Positions 1 through 13,797 of a DNA stretch of 64,000 bases are shown piece by piece. The DNA comes from Octopus sinensis. Taxonomy: Eukaryota. Location: positions 91,078,001 to 91,142,000 of the forward strand of contig NC_043001.1 in assembly GCF_006345805.1 (NCBI RefSeq), given 5' to 3'. The stretch's first letter is position 1, and every line of letters begins with the position of its first letter. A model generated the notes under the pieces. That model did not search any database, had not been told where the DNA came from, and worked only from the letters and a program-made list of their open reading frames with translations. The position numbers and the translations under genes are program-made.

Positions 1-1460
1 GAGCATTTCATATTACTCTGTGGTCACTTTGGTACCTGACAGTACATAGGACACCTGTGTCAGGCAACATTAATTTTATTTGATCACTATAAACAAATCC
101 TATGTGCAGGTTGTTTATTTATAAATTGCAGAAAAATCTTTCTCAGAGCACAAGAGACTGTCATCATCATCAGTGCACAAAGTGCAAATTTTATCTACTA
201 ATTATTTACAATCAATGACTATTTCATTCTGAATAATTTTCTGTCTGCCTTGTTTCTAGGACACTATGCATTAATGTGTTAATTAGTACAAAGGCAAAAT
301 GTTAAATGTTATTGCATTAAGTGTCAAGATACTGGTAAAATAAGACTATCACATAGGTTTGGTTGAAATCGTAGTTATTTCACTTAATGCATTAAAATTG
401 CTGGGGAAGGGCATGAATTTAACAGCATTTGTTTTCGTACTTACTGGTGTCATATATGCTGCATATTCAGTGATGGTTACCTCTAAGCAAAAAAAGTTAA
501 GAACTTGAAAGGGTCAATAACAATGAAATAGCTGAGTGGTTTTAGGGTGCCAGATTTTAAATTCTTGGTTCGTTAATTCATGTCTCTTGTGGGCTTTTTA
601 TTGTATCTCCAATTTACTTAGCAGTATTGAATTGGTTGATGTGGATTAATGGGTGTAATGGCACAGACATGGTTGTGGTGAGAAAATAGTTCACTTCACA
701 ATGATGTGGTCTGGGTTTCAAGTCCCACAATGCAGCACCTTGGACAAATGTCTTCTATTGTAAGCTCAGGTCAACTAGACTTTGTGAGTAAATTTGGTAC
801 ACAAAAACTGAAAGAAGCTCATCTCACCTCACATCTACACACACACACGTGTATGTGTGTATCCTTTCTGAAGTAGCACATTCCCCACTAGTGGGAGATA
901 TATGCTTCATCTAGAAGCCAGGATCCCAATGGCCCCTGGGGGTTCATATAAGATTTTCTTGTTAAAATTTAACTGCAATAGATTTGTTATCCTTCTACAA
1001 TACACAAAATATTTTAATAATTATTTTAATACAATTTCTAATAATATTTAATGATAAATTTTTTTTAACATCAAATAACTAGGAGGGTCCATCTGAGTAG
1101 AATAAGAATGAAAGGGTTCCACAGGTAAAAAATGGTTGAGAAACACTGGCCCACGTAACATTCCAGAAACCATCAATACTCAATACTCTAATTCCAAAGA
1201 TTTTCAATTCTTAATTAGAAAACACTGCCTTCGATATAAATAAGGTAATACTTTCACTCCTGATAATGTTACACAGTACAATTGTTAACTAAACAATGGT
1301 GAAGTCTAAGGAGTTGCTGTTCTTGTTACTACACCTAAGGTTTGTAGTCTGTTAGTATAAAATATGTTTCTAGTGTAGAAAAATATGTTAAACAGCAAAA
1401 AGTATACATTATTATGTGATATTTTTATTGTACTTATCAATATGTTTTATATATCTTCAG

Positions 1461-1538
1461 TGGCTGTGTTTTCTCGCTTCTTTTTCCTCTCTTCATCATC
1501 AGTGCAAATGAAGCTGAACTTAGACAAAGCAATGTATT
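1461..1538 (+). CDS. EI24: EI24 (etoposide-induced protein 2.4, ER membrane autophagy protein), penultimate coding exon; upstream exons not found in this window
   Basis: tcttcAG acceptor at 1459-1460, GTaagt donor at 1539. Reads (S)GCVFSLLFPLFIISANEAELRQSNV(F), matching the conserved EI24 motif GCLFSILFPLFIISANEA recalled from vertebrate EI24. Confidence 0.88.
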
Positions 1539-3180
1539 GTAAGTATTAGTTTTTGTTGTTTTCTTCTTTGTCACCTATATTATAAATTCAATGCTTTATC
1601 AAATCCATCATTTAAAAAAATTTCAATTTCACTTTTTTTTCCTCATTTACTGTGCAAACATAAAAACAGTTGAGGCATTTTCTGTAAAATAAATAAATTA
1701 CCTACCTGTGTAGATTGGTTGTGCTAATGACTCAGGTATTACTTTACCATCTCTACTTCTACCCATCACCACCACCATTACTACTACCCTCTTTCTCCTA
1801 ATTCTGATTTTTTTTTTTTTCCTGTGGAACCAGCACATGATATTATGACTACCTCAGTGGAATTTTGTGATAAATTTCAACTACACTCACATTATATTCC
1901 ACTTCATCATCTACACAGATCTCTTAGTCTTCTCCATCACTACATTATTATTAAAAACAATGCATTCACGTCTTCTATCGGCCTCCATCTAAACATTCAT
2001 GTAAATCGATTTCAGCTTTGATGAACAACTTTTGTTTGATAACATTTTATCAAGTAAACGTATCTATTGATTGCCTGGCTTGAAACAGTTGGAATTGAAG
2101 GAGACTTACTCAAAAAAAAAAACCCCCAAAAAAGCCAACTAGTCAGAACACACATGTATGTGTGTGTATACTCTCACATACACACAAACACATTAGATTT
2201 TATCTGAGAATTAAATGTTTGCCTAGCAAGAAAACTTTCACTGTTGTACAGTCTGAAAGTATTAGCCAACAAATGAGTCGTGTCTTTTTTTTCTATCTCT
2301 TCTAGAATTTATGAATTCTATAACATCCTGAGCTTCACTCACGTTTGTGTATTTTTCTCTCAGACTACATACTAAAACATGTCATTCTACAAAACATTGT
2401 TCCTACACTTGTTGCTTCCTGCAATTCTGCAATAAACAGAATCCAAGGAAACTCCTGCTGGTAGTCTATGTTGGCAAGACACTTGTTTTATTAGGAATAA
2501 GCAACAGAAATGGTACAGTGAAATTCCCCTGTGAAGAGGCTGGCCAATTTCCCAAAACATAGAGAATATAAAACTCTGCTGTGTTTCTTTCCTCTAAACT
2601 GAAGAAGGACTCTGTCCAAAAGGTTGGAATATTCCCCTCCTCAAAGCAGTTTCATTGTACTTTGTTCTTTTTCTTGCTTTTTCTGTATTAAATTCATCTC
2701 GTATGAGCAGACCTAAGCAAGCTATGAGCACTGCTCTTTATTAGGCAAATAGATCTGGTGACATGTAAATGGCACTTGTGCTGGTGACACATAAAAGACG
2801 CCCAGTTCACTCAATGGAGTGGTTGACATTAGGAAGGGCATCCAGCTGTAGAAACCAAGCCAAAACAGATGACTGAAGACTGGTGCAGCTCTCTGGCCGA
2901 CCAGATCCAATCAAACTGTCTAACCCATGCCAACATGGAAAAGGAACACTAAATGATGATGATGATGATGATGGTTAAAAAAAGAGAGGTAGATGATTGA
3001 GCTTGTTCTTAGTGATGAAGAAGAAAGATGACACATTGAGCTATTGATGTTAAGAAATGAAAGTCAAACTACATAACACTACAAAATAAATGAGGTATTT
3101 TCAAAATGAATTTCTACTGCCTGAATAATTGATATCCTATTTTGTTTTTCTGAAAAATATTTTTTTTCTTTCTTTTGCAG

Positions 3181-3268
3181 TAGTCCTTTCACATTGAAAC
3201 TGTTCACACCATCAGCTAAACTGACTAATTCAATCTTTTGTTTCTTGACGAATCCTCGAGCTCCCTGA
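3181..3268 (+). CDS. EI24: EI24 terminal coding exon
   Basis: Polypyrimidine tract plus tgcAG at 3179-3180. Phase 2 matches the preceding exon. Reads SPFTLKLFTPSAKLTNSIFCFLTNPRAP*, similar to EI24 FQLRLFSLVVFLSNRLF. AATAAA at about 3406 and 3471. Confidence 0.8.
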
Positions 3269-4904
3269 AATGACTTCCTCACTTATTATCTCTTAAATCT
3301 ACCTCTTTGGTGTACTTTCAAGGCAGCAAAACAGCAAAGAAGGATATGTTCTGAACAGAGATTAAAATATATTCCAAAAAAAGGCACTTTAAATGTGTGT
3401 TGATGAATAAAAATAGATAATATGATGTGAGAGGAAACAAAATTGAAAAACAATAACAATAAAAAAGCTGAATAAAACAATCATTTTTGATGGTGACATA
3501 AAATACTCACTACTATGTCAAGTTCATTTGAAGATCTCAGAAACTGTTTTGTTTGCCAATTGCAGAGGAGATCTTAGCAACCGATACCACTATACAAGTG
3601 TTTACTGAATGTTAAACTATGCAATTAAATTCCATTCAAAAGAAAATGAAAGAATCGAAAATGAAACTGCAATCCAAGATTCAGTTCTACAACAGCAACA
3701 AAACGACAACAAATATAATTTTTCATTTTGCTAGTTTTTTTTTTTTAATATACTGTGGAAACTCTTTGAAAAGTCCTTGCTGCAAATTTTATGTGCTTAA
3801 TGAAGGCTTTAGAAACATTTCTAATGCACCTACATCCTATATATCTTGGAGACATATCATCAGAAAGTGTTACCACTGATACATATCTGTGAAAAGATAT
3901 ATTTGTCCAATTTTACCAGTGGTAATTTTTCACCAAATTTTTAAATATTCAAATACTTATTGCCCTTGGTGAAGAAAAATTCCAAGTAAGAATATTTTGG
4001 TGAAAACAGAGAAAGGCTTATTTTCATTGGAAATTAATATGTGTGTAAACAAATAAAAAATTTCATCACATATATTTTTCAAAATTAGATGGTTCAATAA
4101 AGCCTTGAACATTTTTTCCCAATTTTTCTTTTACCATTTTTTTTTAAATGTATGTATGTTATTAATTTTAAAAAATTATCCTCACACTACATTTACAATG
4201 GAACTTCATACCAGAAAATTGTTAAACTTAAATATTGCCTAAGTAACGAAAACATTCATGTGCTTCTTATTCATTTACAGTTTGTTTCAATAGAAAAATT
4301 TGAAGTAAGGATGAAGACAGGCTCATTTTCCCTACTGAGAATTGTCTATTGGATGTAATATAAGTGATGACTGGTTTCTCATTTAGATGCTTTAATAAAT
4401 AGCTGAAATTTATGTTCTGATGACTGCATAGCAAAAAAGCAAAATGAAAAAAAGGTGAAGGGCATGGTTACATTTTCTATTTTATGCTATCTCACTATAC
4501 AGCAATAAAGCTTTCGATATGACATTATTTAATAGTATTAAAAGGAAAAGGACAATAATAAAATAAAATGTATATATTATAAAGCATGTTGCACAGGAGA
4601 GTTTGATACATAAAATTCATTTTCATTAATAATACATATATACAGAGTAATGAATTTATCTTTCCAGTTAATGGTACCTGAATGGATATAAATTAAGCTG
4701 CCTCATTCATTTTTCTATCTACATTGTTTTATTGTTTCTCTTATCTTCAGGTTCCAGTATTTTAACACATTCACCAATACATGTTACTCTATAACTCATC
4801 TCAAAAATAAAGATATGTGATATCATTATTATACATACTTGCATGTATGTTTACATACACTCACATGAATGTATTGTTTGGATAGTTGAAGTGAATGATT
4901 ATAT

Positions 4905-5337
4905 ACCCAGAGACCTGTTACTTTGGATTGTAGGGCGACCTGCTGTGCTTGAGGAGACCTATTGAGTCAAGTACATCAACATCAAAAAATCAAATGGAAA
5001 TTGAAGTTGTGATACCTATGCTGGAGGCATGTAAAAAGCACCATCTGAACGTGGCCGATACCAGCACTGCCTTGACTGGCTTCCGTGATGGTGGCACATA
5101 AAAAGCACCAACCAATTGTAGTCATTGCCAGCCTCCCTTGGCACCTGTGCTGGTGGCACGTAAAAAGCACCCACTACACTCACGGAGTGGTTGGCATTAG
5201 GAAGGGCATCCAGCTGTAGAAACACTGCCAGATCAGACTGGAGCCTGGTGCAGCCTCCTGGCTTCCCAGACCCCGGTCAAACCGTCCAACTCATGCTAGC
5301 ATGGAAAATGGACATTAAACAATGATGATGATGATGA
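4905..5337 (+). mobile_element. (GAT)n-tailed RTE-associated SINE-like repeat (copies also at about 2755-2972, 6345-6708, 9575-9846, 26250-26512, 33840-34066)
   Basis: Internal ggtggcacgtaaaaagcacc repeats, ggaagggcatccagctgtagaaac, and a gatgatgat tail. Confidence 0.8.
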
Positions 5338-5664
5338 AATCATGAAATAGAAGTCAAGTGATTCTATTACTACATGTTGGAGCACTATCAAAGTGCTCTC
5401 GTTAAACCAATCTTCTCAGTAGAAGAACAAGTGCTAATTTCATTGTAATATTCAGTTGTTCACATACATGTAATTTATGTTAAATTTCTTCTTCACAAAT
5501 TTATGAAATCCCTAAATCTAGTATGTTAATGGTATTAAACAAAAATTAAATTGCTTGTGAGAGAACATGCTATTTTAATGAATACTTAAAATGTAATTTT
5601 CTACTGGCTAAAGTAAAAAGTTTCTCCATCCATATATTGAAATCAATGTATTAAATACGACAGT

Positions 5665-5918
5665 GTGGAGGTGCATGGCTTATTGGTTAGAGTGTCAGCA
5701 TCATGATCGTAAAATTGTGGTTTTGATTCCTGGACCGGGCGATGTGTTGTGTGCTTGAACAAAACACTTCATTTCACGTTGCTCCAGTCCACTCAGCTGG
5801 CAAAAATGAGTAACACTGCGATGGACTGGCACCCCATCCAGCTGGGGAACACATACGCCATTGAAACTGGGAAACCAGGCCCATGAGCCTGGTTAGGCTT
5901 TAAAAGGGCCCAGAGAGA
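5665..5918 (+). mobile_element. tRNA-derived SINE
   Basis: A-box/B-box head; TSD taaata(c/t)gacagt; same family as 56781-56985. Confidence 0.8.
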
Positions 5919-8033
5919 TAAATATGACAGTATAAGACAATGAAACATGGATGATGTCTGCAGATCTATAAGTACTAGAAAGGAATGAACTGAATATTAT
6001 CTGTTAGTTAAAATTATCAGGCATGTCTGTGTGGTCAAGGAGTTTGCTTCACAGCAATATGGTTTTGGGTTCAGTCCCACTGTCTGATGCTTTATCAAGT
6101 GTCTTCTTCTATAGCCCCAGGCCAGCCAAAGCCTTGTGAATGGATTTGGTTGATATAAACTGAAAGAAGCCCATCGTGTATGCATGATATGTGTGTATGT
6201 TTGTGTCTCTTTGTTTTGACATAGTGTGATAATTGTGTCACTGTCATACAAGCAATGTCATTCATTTGTGTTTGTGTGATGATTGGGGAAAGCGGTCATG
6301 CATAACAAGTAACAGCTAATGTGTGGGTAAGGTGGGTTTGCTGGAACTGGCATGTAAAAAGCACCATTCAAGCGTGGTCGTTACCAGTGTTGCCTTACTG
6401 GCACGTGAAAAAACATTCGAGTGAGGTCGTTGCCAGTGCCACTGGACTGGCTCCCATGCAGGTGGCACGTAAAAAATACCATTTGAGTGTGGCCATTGCC
6501 AGTACCGCTTGACTGGTCCTCGTGCTGGTGGCACGTAAAAGCACCCACTACACTCTCGGTGTGGTTGGCACTAGGAAGGGCATCCAGCTGTAGAAACTAC
6601 CAGATCAAGTCGATTAGAGCTTGGTGCAGCTATCTGGTTCTCGAGTTCTCAGTCAAATCGTCCAACCCATGCTATCATGGAAAGCGGACGTTAAACGATG
6701 ATGATGATTATGTGTGTATGCTTCTGTATCTCAGCCTGTCTGTCTGTTTCCACCACCCTACTTTATATAAATATAAATAAATAAAGGCATAGTATGGTCA
6801 AATGGTTAAGAAGTTTATTTACCACCAACCTTGGTCCTTGGTTTGAGTCCACTGTCTGACATCTTGGACAAGTACCATTTTCTATAGCCCTGGGTTAATC
6901 CATACCTGTGAGTGAAATTACATGCACAGAAAGTGAACAGAAGCCTCTTGGGTGGATTGTACTTGTAATTGAAAGACACAGCCTTATGATGTATTGTCAT
7001 GCTGATTCTGCCTAATTAAAGGTAATGTGTCTGTGGAATGCTGTTATTGTTAATTCAGGAGTAATTCAGTTGACCAAACAGCTGAATCCTTGTTGTCAAA
7101 TGCTGGAGATCCACCACTTCTACACACACACATGCACACAAATATATAGCCACTTCAATAAGCAGTTTCAGTACTACATTTTTCAGTTGCAGTTTAAGCC
7201 AGAGTTTTAGTGGTAAATCAAACTAAGCACTCATAGTACATACCTATTTCTTTACTACCCACAAGGGGCTAAACACAGAGGGGACAAACAAGGACAGACA
7301 ACCGATTAAGTCGATTATATCGACCCAGTGCGTGACTGGTACTTATTTAATCGACCTCAGCAGAATTTGAACTCAGAACGTAATGGCAGATGAAATACCG
7401 CTAAGCATTTCGTCCGGCGTGCTAACATTTCTGCCAGCTCGCCACCTTGTTTTTTTTTTTTCTTCTGGCACTCTCTCATAGTACATACCTATTACATCAC
7501 ATCAGTTGATGAAAACTCCTTGTATACTCTCTCTTTCTCTCTAATATATGATAATAGTAGCCTAATGCAATAGTGTTCCTTGATGATCCATTCTGCTTAA
7601 GCATCTAAATGTACTAGGAACACCCAATACAGGGTTCCAAACAATTGCAATGGTGAAATGTATGCTGAAACTAATAATATAAACTTGTGTTTCTCTTAAT
7701 TTCTTCTACAATTGCTCTCATCATCAGCATATAACGTTCCATTGTCCATGCTGGCATGGGTTGGACGGTTTGACTGGGCTGGAAGGCTGCAGCAGACTCC
7801 AGTCTGATTTGGCATGGTTTTCTACAGCTGAATGCCTTTCCTAACGCCAATCACTTTGAGAGTGTAATGGGTGTTTTTATGGGCCACTTGCACAAGTGCC
7901 AGTTGTGTGACACCGGGGTGTGTTTACATGCCACCGGCACAGGTGCCAATTTGCATGACACCAGTATCTGCGATTTTGCTCGGCTTGATGGGTCATCTTC
8001 TCAAGCATGACATAATGTCAAAGGTCTTGGTTA

Positions 8034-8302
8034 TTGCCTTTGTGAGGCCCAATGCATAAAGGGAACTCAGCCACCTTGCCTCCGTGAGACCCAGCACTCC
8101 AACTTAATTCAGCCACTTTGCCTCTGTCAGGCCTAACGCTCAAGAGGAACTAACTACTTTGTCTCCGTCAGGCCTAATGTTCAAGAGAAACTCAGTCACT
8201 TTGCCTGAATGAGGCCCAATGCTTGAGAAGAACTTAGCCACTTTGCCTCCGTCAGGCTCGAGAGGAACTCAGCCACTTTGCCTTCATGAGGCCCACTGCT
8301 TG
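8034..8302. repeat. About 42-bp tandem array inside an RTE-derived element
   Basis: 6-7 degenerate units of ttgcctccgtgaggcccaatgctcaagaggaactcagccact. Confidence 0.75.
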
Positions 8303-10454
8303 AAAGGTAATGTGTCTGTGGAATGCTGTTATTGTTAATTCAGGAGTGAGTAATTCAGTTGACCAAACAGCTGAATCCTTGTTGTCAAATGCTGGAGATC
8401 CACTACTTCTACACACACACACACACACACACAAATATATAGCCACTTCAATAAGCAGTTTCAGTACTAAGTTTTTCAGTTGCAGTTAAAGCCGGAGTTT
8501 TAGTGGTAAATCAAACTAAGCACTCATAGTACATACCTATTTCTTTACTACCCACAAGGGGCTAAACACAGAGGGGACAAACAAGGACAGACAACAGATT
8601 AAGTCGATTAGAGCTTGGTGCAGCTATCTGGTTCTCGAGTTCTCAGTCAAATCGTCCAACCCATGCTATCATGGAAAGCGGATGTTAAACGATGATGATG
8701 ATTATGTGTGTATGCTTCTGTATCTCAGCCTGTCTGTCTGTTTCCACCACCCTACTTTATATAAATATAAATAAATAAAGGCATAGTATGTGAGGCACAA
8801 CATTCAAAAGATGTTCTTTACATGCCACCAGCATGGGTGCACTTGGCTTGACAGGTCCTCTCAAGCACAGCGCATCATCAAAGGTCTTGGTCACCAGTTC
8901 ATTGCCTCTGTGAGGCTCAAAGTTCGAAGATCATGCTTCACCATCTCGTTCCGTCTTCCTGGGTATACCTCTACCACAGGTTCCCTCCACAGAGATTGGC
9001 ACTTCTTTACATGTCTGTCCTCGTCCATATGCATCACATGACCATACCAGTGCAGTCATCTCTCTTGCACACCACATCTGATTCCTCTTATGCCTAACAT
9101 TTCTCTTAAGATGCTCTGTATTTCATAACAAATAATACTTCTTAGTATAGGAGTTTCTTAACCACTGTATTGGCATAATAGTCATTATTTCAAATTTTGC
9201 TACTGGAACACTTGTATTTATAATTTTATCATGTTGTGTCCCTTGGAAGAAGTACTTAAATCTCTGGTTCATCCTACCTAGCCATAAAAGATGTTCCAGT
9301 TAAACATATTGTGTTTTGGAGGCTTATTATTTTAAATTCAGATCCTTCCATGGACAAAGACTGGTCTCTGTGTACACGACTGGATTTCTCTTAACTATTA
9401 AATGCCAGTAAACAGTTGATACCAGCCCACCTGAAACTGCACTTGGTTCTATGATACAAGCATCCTGTTTCAAAGTGATCTAAATTAAAATGTGCTGAAA
9501 TTTCATATTAATCGTCATCATTTAACATCCATAAACATTTGAGTGAGTTAAAAAAAAAAACATTCAAGCAAGTTTGTTGCCAGTGCTGCTGGACTGGCTT
9601 CTGTGCAGGTGGAACATAAAAAGCACCATTTGAGCGTGGCTGTTGCCAGTATTGCCTGACTGGCCCTTGTGCTGGTGGCACATAAAAGCACCCACTACAC
9701 TCGGAGTGGTTGGCGTAAGGAAGAGCATCCAGCTGTAGAAACTCTGCCAGATCAGATTGGAGTCTGGTGCAGCCATCTGGTTCACCAGACCTCAGTCAAA
9801 TCGTCCAATCCATGCTAGCATGGAAAGTGGACGTTAAATGATGATGTTCCATGCTGGCATGAATTAGATGGTTTGATAGGATCCAATAAGTGAAGATTGC
9901 ATCATACTCTAATGTCTGCTTGACATGGTTTTTAAGGATCAATGACCTTCCCAATGCCAACCACTTTACTGAATGTACTGGGTACTTTTTTCATGGTACA
10001 GCACCAGTGAGGTCACCATGTAACCTGCAAGACTAATATGAACATCAACTAAATGGGGAGAGGAGAACAGGATGTGAAGGTAAGTAGAGTTTGCAAGAAT
10101 GTATGGGAGAGTGAGAGATGGGAATGGTTGAATATTATGAGGAACATGTATTGAGGGATGACAGAGGAGAGTAGGGGATAATTGTTGAAACTGCACTGGG
10201 TCGAAGGGTGACAAATGATAGATGAGTTGAGGAGAGATGACTAACAGTGCAGAAAAGTGGGTGAGGGTGGTAAAGAGCAACATGATGATGATACAGCAGA
10301 CGGGAAGAAAGTGAGAGATGAAAGCGGTTGGGTAGGTTGTAAGAATATGAAAATACATAATGTCATGTTGCGAACACCCTGGATAATAATGACAAAAGTA
10401 TTTCATTATTTTAAAAATTAATTAAAACAAAAGCAGTGTATTTCAGCAAACGTA

Positions 10455-10752
10455 TGTGAAGGCACATGGCTCAGTGGTTAGAGTGTCGAGCTTACGATCG
10501 TGGGGTTGTGAGTTTGAATCCCGGACCGAGCTGCGTGTTGTGTTCTTGGGCTGTAGAAATGAGTTGCGACGTCACAGGTGCCAAGCTATATCGGCTGTTG
10601 CCTTTCCCTTGGATTATACTGGTGGCGTGGAGCGGGGAGGCTGGTATGCATGGGCGATTGCTGGTCTTCCATAAACAACTTTGTCCGGACTTGTGCCTGG
10701 GAAGGTAACTTTCTAGTGCAATCCCATGGTCAGTCATGACCGAAGGAGGTCT
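10455..10752 (+). mobile_element. tRNA-derived SINE
   Basis: TGGCTCAGTGG A box and GAGTTTGAATCC B box. Confidence 0.75.
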
Positions 10753-11689
10753 CAGCAATGGCTACAAAAGGATTATGCATGCAGTTGGTAAATTTACTAC
10801 CTTATTTTATTCAAGACACTTAGTCAAGCGACATACACAAACATAAAATGATTCTTCAGAAATTAAATTCAGGATATAATTCAAATTATATACTATACTG
10901 TTCTTTTACTAAGCAATAACAACAATATTTTTCCCCCTGAGTATGTAAATTAATTTGGGAACATTAATTAGTCTTGAAATTATCTCCTCTTTCAGAGGCT
11001 CCGATTGTCTCTGTCTTATCCTTTATGTGTTATTCAGTATTACACTAACCTTATCTAATTTCATATTATTACTTCACTAGAATCAGTCATTTCATTATTT
11101 AAAGTAAAGATATTTAACCTGCACGGAAAAACTGTACCCCACCCAATACAAAGCAAAATGGACTACATTAAAACGACATGCTATATTCCCCAATTTACAA
11201 ATAAATCATGTTATATAGGTGACAACTGTGGATTAATTAAACTGGGTTAATTGCTGTTTGATGGTATATTTCATAGGCGTACGACAACACACCAAATTTT
11301 TGCCAACGTTCGGGGAAACCCCACATGTAGTTGTAAATAATATTTTATGAACCAATGAAGGAGATGCGATTACTAAGATCAATTTACACTGACTTAACGT
11401 CGTTTAGGGTATTTTATAACAATAAAACTCTTCTGTTTTGTTGTGGAGATTGTTGTTCATGTATTGATTTGACAACTTTAATTTTTAATTGTATTGAATC
11501 CTCAATTCACACTCACTTTCTCATAGTCTTCATTTGATCCAGTTTATATATCATTTGAATCAGAAGAGCATGACAGCCGAAACTGAACTAACCCACTCCC
11601 GGCGATTTGGGAGTGAGTCTATTATAACGACCCAGTGCTCAACCCGTTCTATTTTATCAACCTTGAAAGGATATAAAGCAAAGGGCTAC

Positions 11690-12680
11690 CTATACACATG
11701 TACCATCCCGACTTTGTCTCCTCGTAACTTACAGAAAAATGGATATTTTTTAAATGAAAATTTCTACGAATATGCTTCCGATAGAAATGGAATTTGTAGT
11801 GAAATTATTCTTCCGATGAGGAGTTTCTGAAAGTTCACACAGAAAAAAAAAACATGTAGAAAACGAATATGAAAATAAAAATTTGCGCAAGCATATATAT
11901 ACATATCATTCATCTTGGTAATTGCTTGATGGCAACGATTCAAGAGAGGAAGGTATAACTTGACTGCTTCTCTCCCCATCCCTTCAGAAAATATTTTCCC
12001 CACAAATTTCTTTATAATCGTAATCTATGCTGTTTGAAAGGAGTTTCTGTAAAATTTCATTAAAAGATATCCATTTTCCTGAATGATATGAAGGAAAACT
12101 CGGATTGTGTGAATTTTCTGAAAGTCCTCTCCCTCCACCCCGTTCGTTTGCGCAAATTTTTGTTTTCACATTCATTTTACACCCATTAGACTGGTTTTTT
12201 TTTTTTTCGTTCTGGTGACCGGGCGCTAAACTCGATCCTAAAAGTTATGAGAGAAAGAAATCGTGTGAACTTTCCGACAGTCCTCTCCCAACCCTTTCAG
12301 AAAACATTCTCCCCACAAATTTCTTGATAATAATAATCTATTCTGTTTAAAATGTGTTTCTGTAAAATTTTACCAAAAGATATCCATTTTCCTGAAGGTT
12401 ATGAGGGGAAAAAACGGATCGTGTGAATTTTCCGAAATCCTCTCCTCAGCCCTTCTGAAAACATTTTCCCCAGAAATTTCTTTATAATCGTAATCTGTGA
12501 CATTTGAACGGTATTTCTATAAAATTTCATCACTATATCCACTTTCCTAAAAGTTATGAGGGAAAAACTCGGATCTTGTGAATTTTCCGAAGTCTTCTCC
12601 CCACCATCCCACCCTGTTGCTTTGCGCGCATTTTTATTTTCATATTCGTTTCCTACACTTCCCCCCCCTCGTTGCACTAT
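11690..12680. repeat. Element with about 160-bp internal repeats (three direct, one inverted)
   Basis: cagaaaatattttccccacaaatttctttataatcgtaatc...gatatccattttcct recurs at about 11985, 12298 and 12455; inverted at about 11730-11830. Confidence 0.6.
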
Positions 12681-12825
12681 TTATTTTATTTTATTTTGTT
12701 ACTGGATAATATTGTAAGCATTAACCCCACAAAATAATAATCAGCTGACCGAACAATTGAAGCTTAATCGTTGTACAACAGAGATCCACCACTAGTGGAC
12801 GAAATGAAAATTAAAGTACATAATA

Positions 12826-13230
12826 TCCTTCCTACTATAAGCACAAAACCTGAAATTTTGGAGGAAGGCTAGTCGATTATATCGATCCTAGTGTTTGACT
12901 GGTACTTATTTTATCGACCAAGAAACGGTGAAAGACAGGATCGACTTCGGCCGAATTTGAACTCAGAACGTAAAACCGGAAACATTTTCTCCGGTGTACT
13001 AGCGATTCTTATTTCTTTATTGCCCACAAGGGGCTAAACATAGAGGGGACAAACAAGGACAGACAAACGGATTAAGTCGATTATATCAACCCCAGTGCGC
13101 AACTGGTACTTAATTTATCGACCCCGAAAGGATGAAAGGCAAAGTCGACCTCGGCGGAATTTGAACTCAGAACGTAACGGCAGACGAAATACTACTAAGC
13201 ATTTTCTCCGGTGTGCTAGTAATTCTGCCC
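12826..13230 (-). mobile_element. Two tandem SINEs immediately upstream of EMC7 (family also at 7245-7445, 33030-33205, 43712-43930, 62015-62210)
   Basis: Shared ggtacttattttatcgaccccgaaaggatgaaaggcaaagtcgacctcggcggaatttgaactcagaacg core. Confidence 0.8.
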
Positions 13231-13284
13231 GAATTACAGTGAAAAAGATCGGCTGCTTTTCCGTTTTAATATTTCCTGTTTTCA

Positions 13285-13323
13285 GTGTTTCCGGTTCCTT
13301 GACGTCACTAAATATGGCCGCGT
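13285..13323 (+). promoter_or_regulatory. EMC7 proximal promoter/5'UTR motifs: ETS-like TTTCCGG, CRE palindrome TGACGTCA (13300-13307), YY1-like ATGGCCGC at the start codon
   Basis: Motifs read directly; they cluster just upstream of the ATG in a locally CpG-retaining stretch. Confidence 0.45.
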
Positions 13324-13478
13324 CCGCTGTCATGTATTTTCATTTGAAGCTGTATTTTATATTATTATTATTTGTCAGTTGGTCGTGCAATGCAACCGAA
13401 TCAGTCTTAGAAGAACCTACAGTTTCTTCTCCACAACTTACAAATAATATTGGCCACAAAATTGATGGACGTGTAGAG
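13314..13478 (+). CDS. EMC7: ER membrane protein complex subunit 7, exon 1 (signal peptide)
   Basis: ATG at 13314. Reads MAASAVMYFHLKLYFILLLFVSWSCNATESV...GHKIDGRVE, a hydrophobic signal peptide plus the KIxGRV motif. GTaaga donor at 13479, phase 0. Confidence 0.88.
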
Positions 13479-13744
13479 GTAAGATATATATTTCAAACAC
13501 TTTTTAGAAGCCTTCTTTTCTTGATGTCTGCTAAAATGGGGACCGATTTGTATATTTCTTTAATATCAATATTTCTATGACTCTCATGAATTTCTACTAT
13601 ACTTAACCAGTCCCCCCTCCAATTTCCGAATATACACGAACAAAGCATAGATACAAGGACGATGAAACGTTTAATTTTATATTCCTTGTAACTCAATGAA
13701 AGATCATATGTCCTTATTTTAGATAAACATGTCCATAACATATG

Positions 13745-13797
<53 letters not shown>

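Noticed and set aside
8034-8302. CRISPR-like periodic repeat
   Set aside because: Units are contiguous and degenerate with no unique spacers; eukaryotic context and no cas genes.
13095-13313. N-terminal extension of the 161-aa ORF
   Set aside because: Begins at a GTG inside a SINE; the real start is ATG 13314 ahead of the signal peptide, and the ORF tail after 13478 is intron.
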